Assembly (NCBI RefSeq): GCF_900232105.1
Contig: NZ_LT934425.1
Coordinates: forward strand, 2,790,001 to 2,822,000
DNA length: 32,000 bases
Direction of reading: 5' to 3'
Source of the DNA: Candidatus Kuenenia stuttgartensis
Lineage (GTDB): Bacteria; Planctomycetota; Brocadiia; Brocadiales; Brocadiaceae
Within the stretch, counting starts at the first letter, position 1. Each line of letters opens with the position of its first letter. Under the pieces are notes generated by a model that saw only the letters and a list, made by a program, of their open reading frames with translations, was not told where the DNA came from and ran no database searches. The position numbers and the translations under genes are program-made. Shown here piece after piece: positions 9,474 to 16,709 of this stretch.

Positions 9474-9974
9474 ATGGAGAGAAGCGTGAATAAAAAAATG
9501 TTTAAATATAGATGTTTTGCTTTTTTGTTTGCAGTGAGCCTGACTATAGCCCCGGCAATTTCTTATGCAGAAGATGCAGTCAAGACGATAAAACTTACTG
9601 AATTAAACACCTTGCTTGAGAGCAACAAAGGCAAGGTGGTGATTCTTGACCTGTGGGCAACATGGTGTCCGCCCTGCCGGAAGGAGATACCCGGTTTTAT
9701 CAGTCTTTACAAGAAATACAAGGACAAAGGCTTAGAGATCATTGGTGTTGCATTTGATGAAAATGGGCCGGAAGTTGTTCCCCCATTCATGAAAGCGATG
9801 GGCATCAATTATCCCATTTATCTTGGTGAGGGCGATATTGCCCGGAAGTATGATCTACATGCCTACCCAACAACTATTGTCTACGGAAAAGACGGCAAAG
9901 CAGCCAGCAAACATGTTGGTTACGTATCAGAAGAAGAATTCGAAGACGAACTGGGGGAGTTGTTGAAAAAGTAA
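9474..9974 (+). CDS. Secreted TlpA/ResA-like thioredoxin-family protein
   Basis: Signal peptide, then VVILDLWATWCPPCRKEIPGFISLYKKYKDKGLEIIGVAFDENG. Confidence 0.9.
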   Translation: MERSVNKKMFKYRCFAFLFAVSLTIAPAISYAEDAVKTIKLTELNTLLESNKGKVVILDLWATWCPPCRKEIPGFISLYKKYKDKGLEIIGVAFDENGPEVVPPFMKAMGINYPIYLGEGDIARKYDLHAYPTTIVYGKDGKAASKHVGYVSEEEFEDELGELLKK

Positions 9975-10019
9975 AGAGAACGGGGCACCCGTTAGAAGTC
10001 TCTTGTCAAGCAAAACGTC

Positions 10020-10078
10020 ACCGAACAAAAAAATCAGCTGTCGTGCTTTTTACGGTCGGCTGCATTGCCTCGTTATGA
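10020..10078 (-). other. Candidate integron attC site, 59 nt (cassette 3)
   Basis: Minus strand TCATAAC-GAGGC-AATgCAGC ... GCTGATT-TTTTT-GTTCGGT. L-boxes pair with one extrahelical G and 5-nt spacers on both sides. R'' TCATAAC is complementary to the 5' cassette boundary GTTATGA at 10716..10722. Confidence 0.55.
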
Positions 10079-10544
10079 TTTGTTTTTTAGCCTTTTTGCA
10101 TCTTCAATATCTTTTGGTCTACCTATTGCTTCCTTGTTTTTAATTAAATCATCACTTGTTTTTAATTAAATCATCAACGGACAATATATTTGGGGAAATT
10201 CCTTCGAATTTGGCTTTAATAGAGCGTCTTTTTGCATCTGCAAATTTTATATCGCCGGAAATTTCTGTTATAATGTCAATCCGGCATGGTGCAACACCAA
10301 TTTGGAATATAATTCCTTTTTCCTTAAAAGTATCTTCATTAATACCATCAAGAGGGGCACCGAATTCTACCAATGCCTTGTAAAGTTTTACGGAATTATC
10401 CTTGTCTGGTTTAACCCAAATGTCAATATCAAGAGTACTTCGAGGATAGCCATGGGCGGCTAGCGCATACGCGCCAACCAAAATATAATCTACATCATGC
10501 TTTTGTAAGATTTGTAACATTTCTTTGTAATCTTGATTTAGCAT
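10073..10544 (-). pseudogene. Nucleotidyltransferase-like (AbiEii/DUF6036-type) protein, C-terminus truncated by a 22-bp tandem duplication
   Basis: VDYILVGAYALAAHGYPRSTLDIDIWVKP. Open ORF ends at 10152; removing one 22-bp copy restores DDLIKNKEAIGRPKDIEDAKRLKNKS* ending at 10073. Confidence 0.75.
10133..10176. repeat. 22-bp tandem direct duplication (cttgtttttaattaaatcatca x2)
   Basis: 10133..10154 and 10155..10176 identical. Confidence 0.97.
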
Positions 10545-10692
10545 TTATATTTCCTTTTGTTGAAATTGCCCATAATTCTTGCGTAATATCCCAAACCATT
10601 TCTATCCGATCTTTTATAGAGGCATCGACATATTCATCATTAACAATATTTTTCATTTGAGATAATTTTACAATATTTTTATTTAGTTTCAT
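10495..10692 (-). CDS. Small hypothetical protein overlapping the nucleotidyltransferase gene; putative two-gene module partner
   Basis: 65-aa ORF (VWDITQELWAISTKGNINAKSRLQRNVTNLTKA). Overlaps the next ORF by 50 nt on the same strand. Confidence 0.6.
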   Translation of the reverse strand: MKLNKNIVKLSQMKNIVNDEYVDASIKDRIEMVWDITQELWAISTKGNINAKSRLQRNVTNLTKA

Positions 10693-10715
10693 CTTAATCC
10701 TTTTATTTTAATCAA

Positions 10716-10771
10716 TCATAACGTAGAGCTAACCGGGCACGGCACGAGAGGGAGTAGGGTTGCAGCTTAAA
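10716..10771 (-). other. Degenerate attC-like site (boundary between cassettes 2 and 3)
   Basis: Minus strand ...AAGCTgcAACC ... GGTTAGCTCTAC-GTTATGA. Right half attC-like, left R'' box eroded. Confidence 0.35.
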
Positions 10772-10817
10772 TCCTAAATAATGGCTAAAATTTATTATAA
10801 TAACGCAATAGAAAATA

Positions 10818-11108
10818 TCAATATTTAACATTTAAGATGTGACCCTTCCCCATTCCCTTGGGAGGTTTGTCCGTATTTGGTGAGTTTCCCGTTAGTACAT
10901 GATAATTTGTCACTAAAAATATAATTTTCCCTTTTGTGCTATCTTCTAAAAGATAATAGAATCCAGTCCCTTGAGAGATAACAACATTGCCTTTAAGCAA
11001 CTGTATTGGAGTTGTAATTAAAGAAATATGTTCTATTTCTTGAGCATTTGCTTGCATAACGAACACTCCTAATATTAGGAATAATATTTTTGTAGCTAAA
11101 TTTTTCAT
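10818..11108 (-). pseudogene. N-terminal fragment of a secreted trypsin-like serine protease
   Basis: Signal peptide, then GNVVISQGTGFYYLLEDSTKGKIIFLVTNYHVLTG (catalytic His region). No Asp/Ser region follows. Confidence 0.55.
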
Positions 11109-11111
11109 GCT

Positions 11112-11198
11112 GTATAACGCCTCACATCACCGGCAGCGAAAAGCAGAGTGAGGAACGAGCGGCGCTTTTTGCTGTCCGAGTGCATGTGATTGTTAGGC
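11112..11198 (-). other. attC: Integron attC site, 87 nt (cassette 1)
   Basis: Minus strand GCCTAAC-AA-TCACATgCAC ... GTGATGTGA-GGC-GTTATAC. R''/R' boxes and complementary L boxes with a single extrahelical G. TAA stop of the cassette gene lies inside GCCTAAC. R'' is complementary to GTTAGGC at the cassette 5' boundary (11812..11818). Confidence 0.85.
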
Positions 11199-11795
11199 CT
11201 TAGTTGATTCCAGTGCATCTGCTCGTTCTTTACTGGCTGCAGTGTAAACTTGGCGTGCAGCATCCAGATTAATGAGGAATATTGCTAGCCCTACGATCAA
11301 GTCGGGCCATGCACTTAGGGTAAGTAAGGTTATGAAGCCTGCTCCAATAATGGCAACATTAGCGAAAGCGTCATTACGCGCAGAGAGAAAAGCAGCGCGT
11401 GTAAGGCTACCGCTATGTTTGCGGTAACGAACAAGGACAAATGCACAAATAATATTAACAACCAAAGCACCACTTCCAGTAAGCGACAGGAGGGTTGCGT
11501 CTGGTGGCAATGGAATGAGAAATTTCCCCCAAGCTGTCCAAAGCGTGAAAAGCCCTGGAATTAGAAGAATTGCCGCAAGCGCCATGCCGACCATTGATCG
11601 CCGATGCAAGCTCCAGCCTAGCGCCATAAAGATTAGAATATTAACTGCTGTATCTTCAAGAAAATCGATGGAGTCTGCAAAAAGTGAAACCGAGCCTATT
11701 GAATGTGCGACAGAAAACTCAACAAAAAAGTAGCCGAAATTAAGGAGGGCTACGACAAATACTGCTCGACGGAGGAGAGAATTTTTAGCGTTCAT
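11193..11795 (-). CDS. Cation transporter / CDF-like efflux protein (integron cassette gene)
   Basis: FFVEFSVAHSIGSVSLFADSIDFLEDTAVN; several TM helices. Gene stop overlaps the attC R'' box. Confidence 0.85.
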   Translation of the reverse strand: MNAKNSLLRRAVFVVALLNFGYFFVEFSVAHSIGSVSLFADSIDFLEDTAVNILIFMALGWSLHRRSMVGMALAAILLIPGLFTLWTAWGKFLIPLPPDATLLSLTGSGALVVNIICAFVLVRYRKHSGSLTRAAFLSARNDAFANVAIIGAGFITLLTLSAWPDLIVGLAIFLINLDAARQVYTAASKERADALESTKA

Positions 11796-11811
11796 ATAAT
11801 GTTTTCTTGAG

Positions 11812-12205
11812 GCCTAACTATTAATATACGAAATTCCAGATTACCAAAAGCTTACAGTAACTTTGCGGGATTATAGCCGGATATTTGATGTCGGTCAAGG
11901 GAATATAGTCAAACAAATCTGGTTTTATAAACTTAGCGGTAATTTGGCTTTTTGAAAAATGGGGGCGAAGCATTTGCCTGCGTACAGTATAACTCCTTCA
12001 ACATAGCGGGGTTGGCGTATGTACAGCATTTTACGTCTCTCTCTTATATGCAGGCAAATGCTTCGCCCCTACCCAGAATGTTTTTCGAAAAACAGATTTA
12101 TTCGACTATATTAGGAAAAACGTTGATACGACTTCGTATAGTCTGTATAATTCCACAAAATAAGAACTTTGTATTTTATGGAATATTTGTCCATTTAAGG
12201 ATTTT
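11812..12205 (-). other. attI: Probable attI / primary recombination region between intI and cassette 1
   Basis: Core site GTTAGGC (minus strand, 11812..11818) at the junction of the first cassette, between divergent intI and the array. Confidence 0.55.
11961..12072. repeat. Palindromic intergenic element (GGGGCGAAGCATTTGCC family), 112 bp
   Basis: gggggcgaagcatttgcctgc ... gcaggcaaatgcttcgcccctac. Confidence 0.85.
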
Positions 12206-13507
12206 ATGTTGAATAATATACTACCTGAATATCAAAAATATTTAATTTTCAATAAACTTGTTCCTGAAAAAAATGTCCAGTTTTACGCCTTGTGGGTGAG
12301 TAAGTTTCTGTCGTTTTCAAACAAAAATGAGGCTTTTACCGTTGATATCAAGATTGAGAAGTTTTTGGAATCTCTATCCAATGATGAAGAAATAAGAGAC
12401 TGGCAAATAGAGCAGGCCAAGACAGCATTACATTTATATGTTAATAATTTTCTTGAAGGCGACAAATCGTTAATGGATCCAAACTACCAGAAGAATAACC
12501 ATAGTAAATTTCCCGACTTTAATGCTGTTATTGATAAATTACGAGAATTAATACGTTTAAAACATTATTCATACAGCACGGAGCAAACTTATATTGAATG
12601 GGCAAAAAAATTTCATACCTTTATTTTAGATTCGAAGGGAATCAAATTTGAAATAGATACATTGGATTCAAATGATGTCCGTAATTATTTAAGTTATCTG
12701 GCATTGAAGCAAAGAGTGTCGTCTTCAACTCAGAATCAGGCATTCAGCGCGTTGTTGTTCTTATTTAAAAATGTGTTGAATGTTGAATTGGGTGATTTAG
12801 GAGATACTGTCAGGGCGAAACGTGGGACAAAATTGCCGGTGGTTTTGGCGGTGGAAGATGTGCAGGAATTATTTAAACAGGTAAAAGGAAGGAATCTTCT
12901 TATTATTCAGTTGATATACGGTTCCGGGCTCAGGCTTATGGAACTGGCCAGATTGAGGGTTAAGGATATTGATTTTGATTCGAATATGATTTTTGTACGC
13001 AGCGGCAAGGGCGATAAGGACAGGTCAACCATGCTTCCTGAATTTGTTAAACCGGAGCTGAAATTGCATCTGGATAAGGTCAAAGTACTGCATAATGAGG
13101 ATGTGGAAAAAGGATACGGTGAGGTATATTTGCCGAACGCGTTAGATAGGAAATATCCCAACGCGCCGAAAGACTGGGGATGGCAGTATGTTTTTCCTTC
13201 CGAAAGGCTTTCCGTTGATCTGAGAAGCGGGAAAATCAGGCGGCATCATTTAAGTGATAAGGCGATTCAGAATATGGTAAAAGGGGCAGTTAAAAAAGCA
13301 GGGATTGTCAAAAATGCGTCTGTTCATACCTTACGGCACAGTTTTGCGACCCATCTTTTAATGAACGGGGTTAATATCCGGGAGGTTCAGGACTTACTTG
13401 GGCATAAGAATCTCGAGACTACGATGATTTATACGCATGTAATGCGGGATATGTCGAATGCGCCGAAAAGCCCGCTGGATAATCTCTATGGGAAAAAAAA
13501 GCTATAA
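12206..13507 (+). CDS. intI: Integron integrase (tyrosine recombinase IntI), with extended N-terminus
   Basis: Catalytic residues in YGSGLRLMELARLR, SGKGDKDRSTMLP, HTLRHSFATHLL, DLLGHKN, TTMIYTHVM. IntI-specific extra segment YPNAPKDWGWQYVFPSERLSVDLRSGKIRRHHLSD between the K and H-R motifs. 433 aa. Confidence 0.95.
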   Translation: MLNNILPEYQKYLIFNKLVPEKNVQFYALWVSKFLSFSNKNEAFTVDIKIEKFLESLSNDEEIRDWQIEQAKTALHLYVNNFLEGDKSLMDPNYQKNNHSKFPDFNAVIDKLRELIRLKHYSYSTEQTYIEWAKKFHTFILDSKGIKFEIDTLDSNDVRNYLSYLALKQRVSSSTQNQAFSALLFLFKNVLNVELGDLGDTVRAKRGTKLPVVLAVEDVQELFKQVKGRNLLIIQLIYGSGLRLMELARLRVKDIDFDSNMIFVRSGKGDKDRSTMLPEFVKPELKLHLDKVKVLHNEDVEKGYGEVYLPNALDRKYPNAPKDWGWQYVFPSERLSVDLRSGKIRRHHLSDKAIQNMVKGAVKKAGIVKNASVHTLRHSFATHLLMNGVNIREVQDLLGHKNLETTMIYTHVMRDMSNAPKSPLDNLYGKKKL

Positions 13508-13600
13508 CAAAATTGATAAACGGGTGCAACCTCTGTATTATGTAAATCGACTATGCTGCAATAGGAAATCGGAGATTCCGGGGACACCATACTTAATTTT

Positions 13601-13606
13601 AGGAGG
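13601..13606 (+). promoter_or_regulatory. Shine-Dalgarno AGGAGG, 8 nt upstream of ATT at 13615
   Basis: ttttAGGAGGttagaaccATTAATACGCCAAAG. Confidence 0.75.
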
Positions 13607-13614
13607 TTAGAACC

Positions 13615-15432
13615 ATTAATACGCCAAAGGTTTATTTAAAACAGCTCGAAACGTTGTGGTTTCAGGTAACAGGCACTCATTGTAACCTACAGTGCGCCCA
13701 TTGCTTTATCTCCTGCGGCCCCAAAAATACAACGCATGAGATGATAACCATTGATACAATACAGTGGTACTTGAAAGAGGCTGCAATGCTGGGTGTAAAA
13801 GAATTTTACTTTACCGGAGGCGAGCCTTTTTTACATCCTCATATAGTAGATATTTTACAAGAGTCACTAAAATACGGTCAGACCACAGTCCTTTCAAATG
13901 GCACCTTAATAACAGAGGATATTTCACAAACGCTAGCCCAGGTATCTCGCACATCCAAACATAAATTAGCATTCAGGGTAAGCCTGGAAAGTTTTATAGA
14001 GGAAGAAAATGACCAGATTCGTGGAGAGGGAGCATTTAAGATGGCAATCAGGGGTATTCAATCCCTGACACATGCTGGTTTTAATCCGATTATTACGGTA
14101 GCCGATTGGTCGAAATATGGAAAGTTTACGAAAGAAACGGCAGAAGAACTTCAGTTGCTTGAACGTTCTTTGAATATCCCACAGTTAAGACTCAAAAAAC
14201 TACCTTTGGTTCTCCTGGGACGATGCGCCGAATTTGTCAGACCTTACGATGAGGGCGAACGGGTTACCGATCAGTGCTTTGATAATTACCCGATGGACAA
14301 TCTCCAATGTACTACCAGCCGTATCGTGACCAGTAAAGGGGTCTTTGTCTGTCCAATACTTATTGACGATCCCAAAGCATGGATGGGACGGACTTTGCAG
14401 GAATCCCTCAATCCATATACGATGGAATCGCCCGCTTGTTATACCTGCAGAACAACGGGATTAACCTGTAAAAATGAAGCGGATGATGCTAAGGATGCGG
14501 TCAGGAAATCGGTTAATGAATTTTATGCGGCGGCCGCCATTCAGCCCCAAAAGGAACTATGCTGTCCCACCAGTTATAATGCGGCGGATATATCACACAT
14601 TCCCCTGGAGGCGCTGAATATCTCATATGGATGTGGTAGTCCAGTGACACAAGCCAACATCAAATCTGGGGAGAACGTGTTGGATTTGGGATCCGGCGGT
14701 GGAATAGACTGTTTTATTGCGGCAAAAATGGCCGGAGAACAGGGACAAATTATCGGGGTAGACATGACAGACGAAATGCTGAGAAACGCCAATGCCACAA
14801 GAGAGATTGTTGCGCGGAACCTTGGTTATAATAACGTCCGTTTTATGAAGGGGTTTCTGGAAGAAATACCGGTTACGGATGAATGTGTCGATTTGGTAAC
14901 ATCCAATTGTGTCATTAATTTGTCAGCACAAAAGGAGAAGGTCTTTCAGGAGATATTCAGGGTACTAAAGGCGGGCGGCAGATTTGTGATATCTGATATA
15001 GTTTCCGACAGGGAAGTTCCTGTGTCTATGAAACAGGATAAAAAATTGTGGGGCGAGTGCATTTCCGGGGCAATTACAGAAGCAGAGTTTTTTAATATAA
15101 CAAGGAAGATTGGTTTCTACGGACTGGAAATAGTAAATCGTTATCTCTATAAAGAAGTGGACGGCTTTACGTTTTATTCTATAACTGCGCGGGGACACAA
15201 ATTTAAGAAATCAAAGGAGTGCGTGTACACCGGCCAATATGCAATCTATAAAGGGCCATTCAGTAATGTCTCAGATGATGACGGCCATACATATCCGGTA
15301 GGAACGCCAATAGAAATTTGCATTGATACGGCATGGAAACTCTCAAACCCTCCATATGAAGGGATGTTTATACTGTCCGGTGGTATGCAAAGCAAAGATG
15401 TAAAGACAGCATGCGGGCCAAAATGCTGTTAA
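13615..15432 (+). CDS. Radical SAM domain fused to ArsM-like SAM-dependent methyltransferase
   Basis: CNLQCAHCF rSAM cluster motif and FTGGEPFL. C-terminal VLDLGSGGGIDCFIAAK, SNCVINLSAQKEKVFQEIFRVLKAGGRFVISDIV, WGECISGAI. Likely start ATT 13615 (in frame with the provided 13654 TTG start). Confidence 0.85.
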   Translation: MNTPKVYLKQLETLWFQVTGTHCNLQCAHCFISCGPKNTTHEMITIDTIQWYLKEAAMLGVKEFYFTGGEPFLHPHIVDILQESLKYGQTTVLSNGTLITEDISQTLAQVSRTSKHKLAFRVSLESFIEEENDQIRGEGAFKMAIRGIQSLTHAGFNPIITVADWSKYGKFTKETAEELQLLERSLNIPQLRLKKLPLVLLGRCAEFVRPYDEGERVTDQCFDNYPMDNLQCTTSRIVTSKGVFVCPILIDDPKAWMGRTLQESLNPYTMESPACYTCRTTGLTCKNEADDAKDAVRKSVNEFYAAAAIQPQKELCCPTSYNAADISHIPLEALNISYGCGSPVTQANIKSGENVLDLGSGGGIDCFIAAKMAGEQGQIIGVDMTDEMLRNANATREIVARNLGYNNVRFMKGFLEEIPVTDECVDLVTSNCVINLSAQKEKVFQEIFRVLKAGGRFVISDIVSDREVPVSMKQDKKLWGECISGAITEAEFFNITRKIGFYGLEIVNRYLYKEVDGFTFYSITARGHKFKKSKECVYTGQYAIYKGPFSNVSDDDGHTYPVGTPIEICIDTAWKLSNPPYEGMFILSGGMQSKDVKTACGPKCC

Positions 15433-15613
15433 GATAAAATTAAAAAGAATGGTGTAGCATGTAACATATCCTTTCTCGTATTCTGCCGAATCGTCAACTG
15501 CCATTTAACCTAACAAGTTCTTTTTATTTTTTTGCAATAAAATCAGGGCTTGGGAAAATATAGCTTTGCAATCGGCAATCTACAGTCGGCAGTTGACCAA
15601 TGACTAAGACCAA

Positions 15614-15785
15614 ATGACTAATGCAAACAAAACTAAGCAGTGCTTTCTTGAACTGTTAAATCCCCATAAGGATTTACTGTACAAATACGGCAAACACATA
15701 ATACGGAACGTGAATGATGCTGAAGATGCATTGCAAACAACGATTATGAACGCCTACAAGACTCTTGATATATTTATGGACAATA
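15614..15785 (+). pseudogene. N-terminal fragment of an ECF-type RNA polymerase sigma factor
   Basis: CFLELLNPHKDLLYKYGKHIIRNVNDAEDALQTTIMNAYKTLDIF, then lost homology. Confidence 0.6.
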
Positions 15786-15848
15786 GGTTCCGGCGGGCTT
15801 TTTTTCAAGGGACGCAGGGAAAAGGCTGACGTCAGATACCGGTCATCT

Positions 15849-16030
15849 GAAATACCATTGGCAAAGGTACAGCAGGATATCATACAAGATATAATCGTTG
15901 TCCATACACAGGTACATATCAGGCAGGAACAAATAACGATTGCAAAACAAGGTGTTATGGATGCGGAGAAATCTCTCAGGCTGAATGAAAACCGGCTGAA
16001 ACATGGTATGGGATTGCCCCTTGAGGTATA
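15849..16030 (+). pseudogene. Fragment of a TolC-like outer-membrane efflux protein
   Basis: VHIRQEQITIAKQGVMDAEKSLRLNENRLKHGMGLPLEV, typical OEP repeat motif, no flanking domain. Confidence 0.6.
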
Positions 16031-16087
16031 CTACAGGCCGAAGACGCCTTTATACAAGCAAGAAGGGATCGTATCCCGGCAATTATC

Positions 16088-16176
16088 GATTATAACAAGG
16101 CGCAATACACACTTTTTGTAAGTGTGGGAAACAGACCCTGGCGCCGGCATACCTCACTTGAAAGTCTTTGCAATCC
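16088..16176 (+). repeat. Direct repeat copy A (also at 17177..17279)
   Basis: gattataacaaggcgcaatacacactttttgtaagtgtgggaaacagaccctggcgccggcatacctcactt ... gaaagtctttgcaatcc. Copy B has ~14 extra nt. Confidence 0.9.
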
Positions 16177-16419
16177 GAACGGATGCTTTCCCGATTTTTT
16201 GTAAAAAAATTCAAAGGTAGGGTGCATTAAGCGATAGCGAATCCACCATTCAATACCATGTCCCTACAATAAATATCTCATCAATAATTAAGTATGGCGT
16301 CCCCTGAATATGATCACAAAAATTGACATTCAGGTTTTTATTGACAAAGCTTTTTAAAAAAATTACCCTTGTGCAAGGATGAACGAAGCAAAGCCGACTC
16401 TGCATTAAAGATAATTTTT

Positions 16420-16677
16420 GTAACTATTCAGCGTAATTTATTAAACTACCGGAGATCAGAGCGCAACTCGTTACCAAACCACAGTTTGGGAACACAATTG
16501 CACTGGAAACTTTGTTTCCAGTGCGTGTCAGACTTGACGAATTACAAACTGTCTTAACCCTGTGATTTTATTCCCTATCTATCAGCAAACAGGCGAGAAA
16601 CCGGAGTTTCTCGAACAAATGCATTCCCAAACTGGAGTTTGGGAACGAGCCGTGTATCGTTTACTCTGAATAGTTAC
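16420..16677. mobile_element. MITE-like composite element bounded by inverted GTAACTATTCAG..TAA repeats
   Basis: Left gtaactattcagcgtaa, right ttactctgaatagttac. Contains hairpins gcactggaaac/gtttccagtgc, gagaaac/gtttctc, cccaaac/gtttggg. Confidence 0.6.
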
Positions 16678-16709
16678 TAATTTTTCCATGTTTAAGGAGA
16701 TATAACAAA

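Noticed and set aside
9975-10020. Additional attC fragment left of 10020 (minus ...TTCTAACGGGTGCCCC)
   Set aside because: The box lacks the RYYYAAC purine and no paired L boxes were identified.
12907-13161. Minus-strand ORF within intI
   Set aside because: Antisense shadow of the conserved integrase core.
16126-16131. cacacttTTTGTaagtgtg hairpin in the 16088/17177 direct repeats as a rho-independent terminator
   Set aside because: Short 7-bp A/T-rich stem without a following T-run; it could be a spurious hairpin.
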